Source of the DNA: an uncultured cyanobacterium
GTDB lineage: Bacteria > Cyanobacteriota > Cyanobacteriia > Cyanobacteriales > Cyanobacteriaceae
Reading direction: 5' to 3'
NCBI GenBank assembly: GCA_963710605.1
Contig: CAVQBA010000004.1
Span: forward strand, 416,001-480,000
DNA length: 64,000 bases
Part shown: piece by piece, positions 52,857 through 62,852 of the stretch
Position numbering within the stretch: the first letter of the stretch is position 1
How the letters are laid out: every line of letters starts with the position of its first letter
Translations under genes and position numbers: made by a program
The notes under the pieces: model-generated
The model's input: only the letters and a program-made list of their open reading frames with translations
What the model was told of the DNA's origin: nothing
The model's database searches: none

Positions 52857-54344
52857 CTATCGGCTTTTATATAATTGTATTCTCCCTGTACCTAAGTTAA
52901 AACCGACGGGATTATCACCATCGGGAAAGACGCTAATATGAAACTGGAAAGTACCTGAAAAGGGAGGATTTCGTTTAGCTTTAAGGACGATCGTGATAGT
53001 ATTATTAGCAGAAACTGGATTATCTAAAGATAGATTAATCGTTGGTGTCGAATCAGATGATAATGAAGCACTAATTGGTATCTCTGTTTTTTGATTATTA
53101 CTATCAACTACAAAGGCTGTAGTTTGCTCAAGTTTAAAATCAATATCTTCAGCATTCGCACTCGGTGTAATCATCACCTTTTTTAACGAGGAAGAAGAAT
53201 TTGCCGGCATTTGGATTTCTAGATAATATGTCGCATTGTAATATGAAGTTGTCTTATGAGGTGTTCTAAATGTAACTAGCTTGGGAGGAGTGCCAGTAAA
53301 GAGATTATTACGATTAACAGCTACAGTATTGTTAGTAACAGCAGATTTATTTTCATTGCGTGATGGTGTAGGAATAGAATTTTCTTCAACTTGATTTGGT
53401 ATTTTACCAAGAGACTCAACTACTTGTTGATTAGTTGTGGTTTGAGGAGTAAAATAAAAATCACCAATTAAAGAAGAAGATGTCCAAGGTACTTGTTCAT
53501 TATTAGTTTTTTGAGCGACATCAACACGAACTTTTTTAAAAACTTCTTCAATATTTTGATTTTGGTTATCTATATGTTTGAGTAACATCTCGGTAAATGT
53601 ACCATTTTTACCTGTACCATCTTGAGCTATATTCCCTGGTCCGGTCGCATAGGCAATAAAGCTACCTGTGGCACTATTATATACGGGTGCTAAGCCTTTA
53701 GTTATGGCGTTGCTACGACTCCAACTACGAGCAAAAGGATTGTCTCGACAAGCATCAAGAATAATGATATTAACATCATTTTGAGCATCTTCGATCGTGC
53801 CTAAAAGTTTTCCTAAAGGTAAGGTTTCGTAATTGACTTCACTAGCACTAGTTAAATCTGCATCTACAGGAATAAGATAGTTTTCGCCATTAACTTGTAC
53901 TCCATGCCCTGCGTAATAAAATAAACCGATCGCTCCTGAGGTTAGTTTCTGATAAAATTGCTTTAAACCTTGATCCATCGATCGTAAATCAGCATTAGTT
54001 AATAAAATTACCTCAAAACCCAAATTTCGTAATGAGCTAGCCATATCATTGGCATCGTTGATCGGATTACGTAAATTACCCCCATTTTGATATTCTGAAT
54101 TACCAACCACTAAAGCAACTCTTTTGGGTTGATTTTGGCTCAATAAAAAGTTATCACTAGAAAAAAATTGGTTGCTTGTATTAATGCTGGTAGCTGTCGA
54201 TAATGATTCAGTCAATTTTTGCTTGAAAGTAAATATAGGAGTCTTAGCATCTACCAAAGAAATATTGAGAGTAGAAGTAAATAAAGTTGTTACTGTAGTG
54301 ATAAAGAAATTACTTAATAATTGTTTTGATTTGTTTTTACTCAT
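52857..54344 (-). CDS. C14 caspase-family (orthocaspase) protease with signal-like N-terminus and C-terminal DUF2808-like domain
   Basis: ALVVGNSEY, LRNPINDA, YYAGHG (His), ILDACRDNP (Cys), QVPW; C-terminal TPPKL..ATYYL..RNP..GTFQF. Confidence 0.85.
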   Translation of the reverse strand: MSKNKSKQLLSNFFITTVTTLFTSTLNISLVDAKTPIFTFKQKLTESLSTATSINTSNQFFSSDNFLLSQNQPKRVALVVGNSEYQNGGNLRNPINDANDMASSLRNLGFEVILLTNADLRSMDQGLKQFYQKLTSGAIGLFYYAGHGVQVNGENYLIPVDADLTSASEVNYETLPLGKLLGTIEDAQNDVNIIILDACRDNPFARSWSRSNAITKGLAPVYNSATGSFIAYATGPGNIAQDGTGKNGTFTEMLLKHIDNQNQNIEEVFKKVRVDVAQKTNNEQVPWTSSSLIGDFYFTPQTTTNQQVVESLGKIPNQVEENSIPTPSRNENKSAVTNNTVAVNRNNLFTGTPPKLVTFRTPHKTTSYYNATYYLEIQMPANSSSSLKKVMITPSANAEDIDFKLEQTTAFVVDSNNQKTEIPISASLSSDSTPTINLSLDNPVSANNTITIVLKAKRNPPFSGTFQFHISVFPDGDNPVGFNLGTGRIQLYKSR

Positions 54345-54417
54345 AATTTTGTCTCAATAACTTCTCGCTCAAATCTTTATTTTTTACTTTTACTTTTTAG
54401 TTGTGGCGTTGGTAAAG

Positions 54418-55032
54418 TTATTCATTATCTGGGCATAAAAGTGGTGGGCAAGGAGATTGAGATGGAGGAGAGACAATCTGCTGATCTTTAGGTGTTATAT
54501 TATTTGTTGGGGTAGATTCGGTAGTAGTAGATATAACAGGGGCAGTATTTAAAAACGCTTCTAAATCTAAAATACCACCACGAGATAAACCACCAGAAGA
54601 AACACGAGCCGAGATATCAAATAATTCTTGTAATACAGTATTCGGATTATCTTTTGGTTCTAATGTTAAAAGCAAACCATCGGTTTGACAGCCGAAACCA
54701 GATGATTTTTTTTGAGCTACACAAATTACCGATTGTCGATTCATTGTTCCTGTAGCAACATAACGTAAAGTACCGTTATCGGAAAACTTTTGAAATCTTT
54801 TGCTTACCTCATCGCATCTTTTTTGTGGAGTCCAAGTAGAATTACTAAAAAAATTACTTTTCCAACTTATTAATTGAATTTTCCCTCTTTTTGTATCAAC
54901 TACGGTAGTCGGATTATTTTTAAATATTAAGCATTTGTAGGTATTTTTTGATTGTGCGACAGATGGCATTGCTAACACGCTATTAATCAACACTAATAAA
55001 GTTGAAATACCTGTTATCTGTTTAATATCCAT
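54418..55032 (-). CDS. COP23-domain exported protein
   Basis: ISWKSNFF..WTPQKRCDEVSKRFQ..GTMNRQSVIC..LLLTL. Confidence 0.85.
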   Translation of the reverse strand: MDIKQITGISTLLVLINSVLAMPSVAQSKNTYKCLIFKNNPTTVVDTKRGKIQLISWKSNFFSNSTWTPQKRCDEVSKRFQKFSDNGTLRYVATGTMNRQSVICVAQKKSSGFGCQTDGLLLTLEPKDNPNTVLQELFDISARVSSGGLSRGGILDLEAFLNTAPVISTTTESTPTNNITPKDQQIVSPPSQSPCPPLLCPDNE

Positions 55033-55153
55033 GATTAAATATTAGCTACTAATTATTAATTATCAATTACTAATTATAGATAACAATTTTCAAGATCTAA
55101 TAGTAATTCTTACTAAACTTAACTATCAATATTACTTGGTAAAAAATTACTAA

Positions 55154-56059
55154 TTATTGATTAATATTATCTAATTGTTGTAAAATTTTATATAAACCAT
55201 GTGCGATCGTCTCAATCACTGATTCACTAGTCCAATAACTACAATGAGAAAGGGGATTCCAAGATTTTAATAGATTGCCATCATTTACTTCTTGATCTTC
55301 TTTTACTACACTGGCATAAGCATCGTTAAGAGACTTGAGAGGATAGCCCATAATATCGCTTTTATTATAAAAGTTAATCCATTCACCTTCTAAATCTGGG
55401 TAGTAGTTTGCTAACTTTTCTGAGGGTACTTTTATTGGTTGATCAAAGTTAGGATGTCGTAAAGACCAAAAAGGCATTTGGCTAGCTAAAGTATAAACAT
55501 TAGTCAACGTTTCTCCCCGCTCTAATGGTGTATCACCAATATCAACTTGAGCTTTTTGAGTTTGCAAATCGTAGATATAGTTACTGGTAATGATAGTACC
55601 TAAACTATGACAAATAATACATAATGGGGCAGTACTTCCTGCTTGATCTTCTTGTGCTAAACTATTCAAACTGTCAGCGTAACAGCGGTGAATGCCATCG
55701 TAACTCCAAAGATCTTCTACTTTTTTACTGGTCATGTGATAAGTCAAACTATCTGCGATCGCTTGAAATAAAAATTCTCTTAAACCAAAAAAACTTTCTA
55801 GTTTATCTACATCTAATCGATCGTATAAATCCTTACGCTCGTCTTGCAACACGGGAGTCCAATTAATTGCTGATATCGCCAATTTAGAATCAGCCCATTC
55901 TAGTTTTTCGTCTTTGTTTCCCTTTATTTGTGCAATCTCGGCTAGTTTGAGTTTTAAAGCATCTGCCATGCCTTTAGTGTATTTTGAGTTTTCTTTTTGA
56001 TCAAATTCATTACCTACACAAATACCGTGAACGATCGCAATCGCAATTTTGGTTGACAT
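55154..56059 (-). CDS. Alpha/beta-hydrolase-fold protein
   Basis: IVHGI, CHSLG nucleophile elbow, WINFY..D, SHCSYW. Confidence 0.7.
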   Translation of the reverse strand: MSTKIAIAIVHGICVGNEFDQKENSKYTKGMADALKLKLAEIAQIKGNKDEKLEWADSKLAISAINWTPVLQDERKDLYDRLDVDKLESFFGLREFLFQAIADSLTYHMTSKKVEDLWSYDGIHRCYADSLNSLAQEDQAGSTAPLCIICHSLGTIITSNYIYDLQTQKAQVDIGDTPLERGETLTNVYTLASQMPFWSLRHPNFDQPIKVPSEKLANYYPDLEGEWINFYNKSDIMGYPLKSLNDAYASVVKEDQEVNDGNLLKSWNPLSHCSYWTSESVIETIAHGLYKILQQLDNINQ

Positions 56060-56380
56060 AATATTTTATTTTAATTATCCATAGAGATAGTTTTAAATTT
56101 GCTTTAAACGATCTGACTTTAAGCGTAATTGCTTGAAGCTTTTAAATCAATCCTCTCAGATACTATCACTTGACAAATACGACTTGCTTACCAACTTTTT
56201 TTAAATGTGTCGTTTATAGCTTAAGTTTTTTAAGATTAAACCTATCACTAAAGGCGATCGTACTTAAATTAGGAAACTCGATCGTATTTCACTTTGGAGA
56301 TTTAACGATGATGAATTAATTATCTGTGGCATAATTTAAAGTAATTATTTATCCTATTCTAAGATCTATTCGTATTGCTT

Positions 56381-56797
56381 ATGTCTGCAAGAGATTTATT
56401 TCATCAATCAGTCAAAAAAGCCTTGCAGAAAGACGGATGGGAAATAACCCACGATCCTCTTCATCTAGCAGTAGATGATATAGAATTTTATGTAGATCTT
56501 GGAGCAGAAAGAATAATAGCGGCACAAAAAGCAGAAACCAAAATTGCGGTAGAAATTAAATCTTTTTTAGGAGCATCAGAGGTCAAAGAATTTCATTTAG
56601 CTGTCGGTCAAATTCTCAACTATAGATTCGCTTTGGAAAAAGAAGAGCCAAAACGTATATTATATTTAGCCATTGATCAAGATGTTTATAAAGATTTTTT
56701 TTCTCGTTTATTTGTGCAGAATGTTTAAAAAAAATATGAAATTAAATTATTAATTTTTAATTATATTGATGAGGAAATTGTGCTGTGGAAAGAATAA
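56381..56797 (+). CDS. xisH: XisH-family protein (in-frame TAA at 56726)
   Basis: MSARDLFHQSVKKALQKDGWEITHDP, DLGAE, AVEIKSF; the same frame continues to EEIVLWKE* overlapping xisI. Confidence 0.85.
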
Positions 56798-57114
56798 ATT
56801 ATCCCAAAACGATTCAAAAAATATTAAGTCGTCACTCGACTAACGATTTAGCAAATGGAACAGAAATTAAGTTGATTTTTGATACAAATAAAAATCATTA
56901 TCAAGTATTAAATATTGGTTGGAAAGAGCAAAGAAGAGTTTATGGAGTGATCATTCATGTAGATATAATCGGCGACAAAATTTGGATTCAAAGAGATGGT
57001 ACTGAAATTGGTATTGCGAATGAATTACTTAATGAGGGTATTACCAAAGAAAACATTGTTTTAGGTTTCAAATCACCTTTTAAAAGACAATTTACCGATT
57101 TTGCTGTTGATTAA
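56785..57114 (+). CDS. xisI: XisI-family protein
   Basis: HYQVLNIGW, IHVDI..KIWIQRDGTE.GIANEL, IVLGF. Confidence 0.9.
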   Translation: MERINYPKTIQKILSRHSTNDLANGTEIKLIFDTNKNHYQVLNIGWKEQRRVYGVIIHVDIIGDKIWIQRDGTEIGIANELLNEGITKENIVLGFKSPFKRQFTDFAVD

Positions 57115-57191
57115 ATATTTATTCTTTTTGTATTTACTGAAGTAATTACTATGTTAGAGAATCAATAGCCATCGCCCACGATCGATCGTAC

Positions 57192-57677
57192 TCAGTGAAT
57201 CTCATTCAAAATACTACCATCAGGCATAATAGTATTACAGAAAATACAACCTTTGATCCAAACACTTTCCCATTCTTCGACTCCAGTCAAATTGGCATTA
57301 GTCAAATTAGCATTGCGGAAATCAGCACTGAGAAAATTGGCATTAACCAATCTAGCACCAGTCAAATTAGCTTCTCTCAAAGTAGCACAACTCAAACAAG
57401 CCTCACTCAAATCAGCTCCCGTCAGATTAGCTTTTTCCAGACAAATTTGCCCCATAGAAGCATTACGGAGATTCGCACCACTTAAGTTAACCCCTTCCAT
57501 GTAAACTTCTGCCACGTTGGCGTCACTCAAATTAATTCCACTCAAATCAACATTAATCAAGCCCCCTTGGGTCACGTAAACATCAGTAAAATCCTGCCCT
57601 TCCAAATATATCCCAGAGAAATGCCGCTCACCAGAGTTGTATCTTCTAATCAATTCTTTAGCAGTAATATCTACCAT
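57192..57677 (-). CDS. Pentapeptide repeat protein
   Basis: ELIRRYNSGERHF; ANLxx/ADLxx repeats; CNTIMPDGSI. Confidence 0.9.
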   Translation of the reverse strand: MVDITAKELIRRYNSGERHFSGIYLEGQDFTDVYVTQGGLINVDLSGINLSDANVAEVYMEGVNLSGANLRNASMGQICLEKANLTGADLSEACLSCATLREANLTGARLVNANFLSADFRNANLTNANLTGVEEWESVWIKGCIFCNTIMPDGSILNEIH

Positions 57678-57766
57678 AATTCAAATATCCAAACAATCTA
57701 TCAACTAAATAAGAGCGTAACTAAACGATGGTAAACCTTTATGCTCCAAACAAAGATAAATATAAC

Positions 57767-59686
57767 CTATGAAACTGGTGAGCAAATATCAATGGTGAGG
57801 GAAGTTTGTTGTTTTTGAAGATGATAAGCAATCCGAGATGCTAGTTGTTTTACCCCAACGGATTTATGAACTAACTCATCAGCATTACTAGTACATAATT
57901 GATTTTGAACTTTTTTATGTTGATGAATACTAAAGTATAATACGGGTAATTTATACCACTGAGGATTTGTTCTTAGTACCTGACACAATTCTATTCCGCT
58001 TAAGTGAGGCATTTCGATATCGAGTATTAGTAAATCGGGAGTAATCGCTTTAAATACATCCCAAAATTGTCGGGGATCATTTAAGGTAGTTACCTGAAGC
58101 CCCCAAGGCTCTAATGAACAAGGTAAAAGCTCTAATAATTCTCGATCGTCATCAACAATCATTACTTTTTTTTCTTGGCAAGAATTTTGTACTGCTTGTT
58201 GACAATAAACGATCGCTTCAGATGGGGTGATTGGTTGTTTGAGATAAAATGTTGCTCCGTTTTTAGCTAAAAGTAATCTATCTTCAAATCGATCACGATC
58301 GGCTATCACAATAATTGGGATTAAGGGAAATAATGAATGTACTTCTTTCATGAAAGATAAATATTCATCGAGAGATTGAGAATTTGAATGAGATTGAGAG
58401 CAAGAAACTCGTAACAAAATTGCATTAGGTAATCTTTTATTTTCTATCCCTTGAAGCCAACCTTGAGCTAGTTTGAGAGTAGCCGTCGATCTGGTTTCGA
58501 TGTTATGAACGATCGCTTCGGTGTTTAATCGTTCAATAAATTGTCGATCGTCATCAATGATAAGTAATGAAAAATTATACCCCGTCTCTAACTTTTTTGA
58601 GATTGGATTCTGTGAATTATGTTTGCTGGTTAATTGTTGATGTAAAGTGTTAAAAATAGTTTCAAATTGTAATACTTGTTTTTTTTCTTCATTTACTTTA
58701 TTTTCTAATAACTCCTCTAATTGTTTAGCGAGTTTTGAACCTTGATCAAAACCAAAAACACCAACCATTCCAGCTAATTTATGAGCGATCGATTTAGCTT
58801 CTTGACGTTTTACATCGATTAAATCATTTTGTTGCCATGCTAGTAAAGCGTTTTGTAAGACAGTTAATTGTTGACTTATCTTCGGTTGATATTTTTTCCA
58901 GGCTTGGGCTAGTGCTTCTAAATGTTGTTTTTGTTGATCAGACATTTTTGCTGGTTGCCGATCGTAATCAGTTGGGAAAGAAGAAGATTTTTGCTCTGAA
59001 TCAGGATTTGGAGGTAAAAATTTTAAGCAATATCCTCTACCCCTTAAAGTTTCGATCGGGTTATTTTTCACACCTGTTTTTTTTAGCTTTTGACGTAAAT
59101 ATCTTAAATGCGATCGAACAGTAGCTTCGCAAGGGTATTCCACTGATGACCATAAATTATCAATAATATCTTCAATACTAAAAACGAATTGAGGATTACT
59201 TAAAAATAGTTCTAATAACTGATATTCTTTAGTGGTCAAAGAAACCGATTTTTGTTGATAAACAACCTGACAATTACGAGTATCTAATTGTAAATCTTCC
59301 CAAGTCAAAATAGGCGAAAGATGAGACTGATTTCGACGTAATAAAGCCCTGATTCTTGCCCCTAATTCTTCTACATTAAAGGGCTTACACAAATAATCAT
59401 CAGCCCCGGCATCTAAACCAATAATTTTTTCTTGGTTACTATCATGAGCCGTTAATAACAAGATTGGCATCTCATAGCCATGACTACGAAAACGCTTACA
59501 TAAACTAATACCATCTAACTTTGGTAAAGACCAATCAAGAATAACTAAATCATAACTATAATTAGAGCCATAAGTCCATCCTTGCTCACCATCAAAAACC
59601 GCATCGAAAGTATAATTTTTTTCGCCGAGGAGTTTTTGCAATACATCAATTAAAATTTCGTCATCATCAACTAATAAAATTCTCAT
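57767..59686 (-). CDS. rcaC: Multidomain response regulator (REC-wHTH-HPt-REC-REC), RcaC-like
   Basis: OmpR-type N-terminus, AHKLAGMVGVFGF HPt His, two C-terminal receivers; downstream of rcaE-rcaF. Confidence 0.75.
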   Translation of the reverse strand: MRILLVDDDEILIDVLQKLLGEKNYTFDAVFDGEQGWTYGSNYSYDLVILDWSLPKLDGISLCKRFRSHGYEMPILLLTAHDSNQEKIIGLDAGADDYLCKPFNVEELGARIRALLRRNQSHLSPILTWEDLQLDTRNCQVVYQQKSVSLTTKEYQLLELFLSNPQFVFSIEDIIDNLWSSVEYPCEATVRSHLRYLRQKLKKTGVKNNPIETLRGRGYCLKFLPPNPDSEQKSSSFPTDYDRQPAKMSDQQKQHLEALAQAWKKYQPKISQQLTVLQNALLAWQQNDLIDVKRQEAKSIAHKLAGMVGVFGFDQGSKLAKQLEELLENKVNEEKKQVLQFETIFNTLHQQLTSKHNSQNPISKKLETGYNFSLLIIDDDRQFIERLNTEAIVHNIETRSTATLKLAQGWLQGIENKRLPNAILLRVSCSQSHSNSQSLDEYLSFMKEVHSLFPLIPIIVIADRDRFEDRLLLAKNGATFYLKQPITPSEAIVYCQQAVQNSCQEKKVMIVDDDRELLELLPCSLEPWGLQVTTLNDPRQFWDVFKAITPDLLILDIEMPHLSGIELCQVLRTNPQWYKLPVLYFSIHQHKKVQNQLCTSNADELVHKSVGVKQLASRIAYHLQKQQTSLTIDICSPVS

Positions 59687-59716
59687 AAATTATACTTATA
59701 TAAAGTTCTAGCTAAA

Positions 59717-60097
59717 TTAATATTCCCAATGCAACATTTGAGCAACTCTACTGGCTATAGTCATAGAATTAAAAGGTTTAGTGATCACACCAATCACTCC
59801 TAAATCTTGAAATTGTGTTTTATCTGCACCTTGAGTTTTGGCAGTAAAAAAAATGACAGGAATTAATTTAGTTTGTCTATTAGTTTTCAATTTCGATAAA
59901 GTTTGAATACCATCCATCTCAGGCATCATCACATCTAAGAGAATGACATCAGGTTGTTGATTTTCAGCCATGGCTATACCATCTATTCCTGAACAAGCAC
60001 TCAAAACTTGCCAATCAGCTTCAATCTCAATCCCCATTTGAACAACTTCTCGAATCGCTTCATCATCATCAATTAGCAAAATACATTTATCATTCAT
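59717..60097 (-). CDS. rcaF: Single-domain response regulator, RcaF-like
   Basis: LLIDDDE, ILLDVMMP, FTAK, ITKPF; lies between rcaE and rcaC. Confidence 0.75.
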   Translation of the reverse strand: MNDKCILLIDDDEAIREVVQMGIEIEADWQVLSACSGIDGIAMAENQQPDVILLDVMMPEMDGIQTLSKLKTNRQTKLIPVIFFTAKTQGADKTQFQDLGVIGVITKPFNSMTIASRVAQMLHWEY

Positions 60098-60109
60098 TTA
60101 ATTAATTAA

Positions 60110-62200
60110 TTAACCTCCTTGCTCTATTAATAAGGGCAAAGTAAAGTAAAAAGTACTACCTTTTTGGGGAAAACTTTCCGCCCAGATTTCGCCTCCATGC
60201 CCTTCAATAATCTGGCGACAAATTGTTAAACCTAAACCTGTACCTCCTTTTTTACGAGAATCAGAAGAGTCAACTTGTTGAAAACGCTCAAAAATTGTCT
60301 CTAATTGATTATCAGGAATACCTTGCCCTTGATCTTTAACAGCAAAAGTAAGATAAGAAATTGATGGTGGCTTTTGCTTTAAGTTATGTCTGGGAGATTC
60401 AATTTTAGCGGAAAGGGAAATGGTACTATCAGGTAGGGAAAATTTAATTGCGTTACTTAATAAATTGGTTAAGGTTTGAACTATGTAGTCATAATCTGCC
60501 CAGACAAAAAGATTGACTGGTTTACTTAATAATTTGATTCCTCTTTCATTCGCCATGGTTTGCATTGCTTGACAGGCTTCTCGCATTAATTCTGTGGCGG
60601 GGCAAGCTTTTTTGTTCATTTTAATTTTGCCTGATTGAATGCTTTGTAAATCCAGAACATTATTAACTAAACGTACTAAACGATCGGTTTGTTCGTCGGC
60701 AATAGTCAGCATTCGATGCCCTTTGGGGGAAAGATTACCAAGTTTTCCTGTGGCTAATATTTTTAATGAGCTATGAATAGAAGTTAAGGGTGTTCGTAAT
60801 TCGTGACTAACAACAGAGATAAATTCGTCTTTCATTCTTTCGATCGCTTTTCGATCGCTTATATCACTAGTAAGGGCAAAAAATCCTTTAACAACTGCTT
60901 TTTTTTGTTTGTTGATGTGGGGTATATAAGTAACGTTGACGGTGTGGATATGACTATCTTGAAAAGTCTCTTCTTTTTCATAAGTAACTATTTCCCCTGA
61001 TAGCACTTTGTCTATATGTGGTTTTATTTTGTGATATTCTTCTTCACCATGAACTCTTTTTAGATGACAGCCGTAAATTTTATTGGGAGAAAATCCTAAC
61101 CATGTTTGGTAAGCTTGATTATTAAAGCGATAATATTGATCTTTATCTACATAGGCAATTAAAACGGGTATGCCATTAGCGATCAGACTAAGTTTTTCTT
61201 CACTACGTCTGAGTGCGGTTTCTGCTTTTTGACGATCGTTTATTTCTTCTTGCAAATTATGATTAGCTTCTCTTAATTTTGCTGTGCGTTGGGTGACTAA
61301 TTCTTCTAAATTTCCTCTTAACTCTGCTTGAGATAAAGCAATACCGATTTGAGCGGCTAGTTGTTGCATCAATTCCAATTCAAAATCTTGCCATTGTCTG
61401 GTGGTTTCGCATTGATGGGCTATCAATAAACCCCAAAGTTTAGGTTTTCTTTGTCCTTTTTGAGAGTCGAGGTTTTGCAGGATAGGTACTACTAGTTTTG
61501 CTTTTACCATCCATTGATTTAAAAATTCAATCAAACAATCGGCTAAATCTGCTTTTTGACTATGGGCATCAGCGATCGCTTGTATTCTTCCTTCTTGATA
61601 AAGTTCTCGATATTCAGAAGGAAAAACTTCTTCAGGAAATTCGATATTCAATACCTTTGGATATTTGGGTAATACTGCTTCGCTAATTGCCATACCTGTA
61701 CCATTGGCAAAAACTTGATAAATTAGTACTCGATCGGCTTTAAGAATTCTTTGCACTTGAGTAACCGCTGTCTGGAGAATTTCTTGAAGTTGAAGAGATT
61801 GATTAATTTTAAGGGTTACTTGCGAAAACAATTTGACTCTTTGATGTTGGCGATGAAGTTCTTCTTCTGCTGTTTGGAGCTGAGTTATATCTCTGAGAAT
61901 CAGTAATTTATAATTAGGTAAGACATCTTCAATTAGTTTGTATTTTAAGGTTTTGTTCTGACCGCTACAAGTACGAATTGGAATTCTTTCTTCATTATTA
62001 CTATTAAGAGTACCAATTAAAAAATCAAAAATCGATCGACCTAATAGTTCTTTTCTAGTACAACCAAATAAATTACAAGCACAAATATTGGCTTCGACAA
62101 AACAATCACGATCGTCGATGATTACAATTGCTTCAAAGGAGTTTTCAAATATAGCTTGAAATAAGATTTTTTGGTCGGAAAATAATTCTAATCCTTCCAT
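60110..62200 (-). CDS. rcaE: Cyanobacteriochrome histidine kinase (PAS-GAF-PAS-HisKA-HATPase), RcaE-like
   Basis: GAF FPEEVFPSEY..GRIQAIAD..LADCLIEF..KAKLVVPI..LWGLLIAHQC closely follows the RcaE green/red GAF as I recall it; SHELRTPL, GGTGLGL. Confidence 0.82.
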   Translation of the reverse strand: MEGLELFSDQKILFQAIFENSFEAIVIIDDRDCFVEANICACNLFGCTRKELLGRSIFDFLIGTLNSNNEERIPIRTCSGQNKTLKYKLIEDVLPNYKLLILRDITQLQTAEEELHRQHQRVKLFSQVTLKINQSLQLQEILQTAVTQVQRILKADRVLIYQVFANGTGMAISEAVLPKYPKVLNIEFPEEVFPSEYRELYQEGRIQAIADAHSQKADLADCLIEFLNQWMVKAKLVVPILQNLDSQKGQRKPKLWGLLIAHQCETTRQWQDFELELMQQLAAQIGIALSQAELRGNLEELVTQRTAKLREANHNLQEEINDRQKAETALRRSEEKLSLIANGIPVLIAYVDKDQYYRFNNQAYQTWLGFSPNKIYGCHLKRVHGEEEYHKIKPHIDKVLSGEIVTYEKEETFQDSHIHTVNVTYIPHINKQKKAVVKGFFALTSDISDRKAIERMKDEFISVVSHELRTPLTSIHSSLKILATGKLGNLSPKGHRMLTIADEQTDRLVRLVNNVLDLQSIQSGKIKMNKKACPATELMREACQAMQTMANERGIKLLSKPVNLFVWADYDYIVQTLTNLLSNAIKFSLPDSTISLSAKIESPRHNLKQKPPSISYLTFAVKDQGQGIPDNQLETIFERFQQVDSSDSRKKGGTGLGLTICRQIIEGHGGEIWAESFPQKGSTFYFTLPLLIEQGG

Positions 62201-62333
62201 GATTATGTCAAGAGATTAAGGAAGTTTAAACTATTTTAAACGATCGGTATTTTTATTAACTTTATGAGCAGACTATGCAAACTATCTTTACACAAACAGA
62301 TTGATTGTAATGAATGCTGTTGTTTTTATTTAA

Positions 62334-62735
62334 CTAATCATTACTCCATAATTTTTTCAAAATTTCGATTTTCTTTTCTGTGAATAATTCAGCAAGAGGA
62401 ATATCAGCTTTATCATTTTCAAGTTCAATAGTATTAATGTCTCGCTTGTTCGGTATAAAATTAGCTTTGTTTTTCCAGATATTTTCTTTTATGCAATAAC
62501 AACCAGCTAGTTCTGTTCCATCACTAGGTCTAGTTTCTTGTACTGAAATAATGTCTTCAATACCTACAAATTTGAAAGAAATTGTTTCTTCGTGTTCTTT
62601 TCCCCACAATAATGCTTTTTCATATGCTAATAGGGCATTTTTGGCTTCAAACAAAACATTACAGGTTTCACAATCAAAATTTTTATTGTCTTCAGATTCT
62701 TTTTCTGCAAAAAGAAGAAATGCAATGTACCACAT
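62334..62735 (-). CDS. DUF4288-like protein
   Basis: MWYIA..E..VLFEAKNALLAYEKA..G..FKFVGI..DGTEL. Confidence 0.65.
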   Translation of the reverse strand: MWYIAFLLFAEKESEDNKNFDCETCNVLFEAKNALLAYEKALLWGKEHEETISFKFVGIEDIISVQETRPSDGTELAGCYCIKENIWKNKANFIPNKRDINTIELENDKADIPLAELFTEKKIEILKKLWSND

Positions 62736-62852
62736 AATTTTTAAGATGATAAAAATAGTAATCGATTATTTTTTACAATCTTATCTATTTTGTAAATAAA
62801 TTCGATCGCAATTATAAAGTTTATTGCTAGTTCGATAGATAGTAAATAATGA

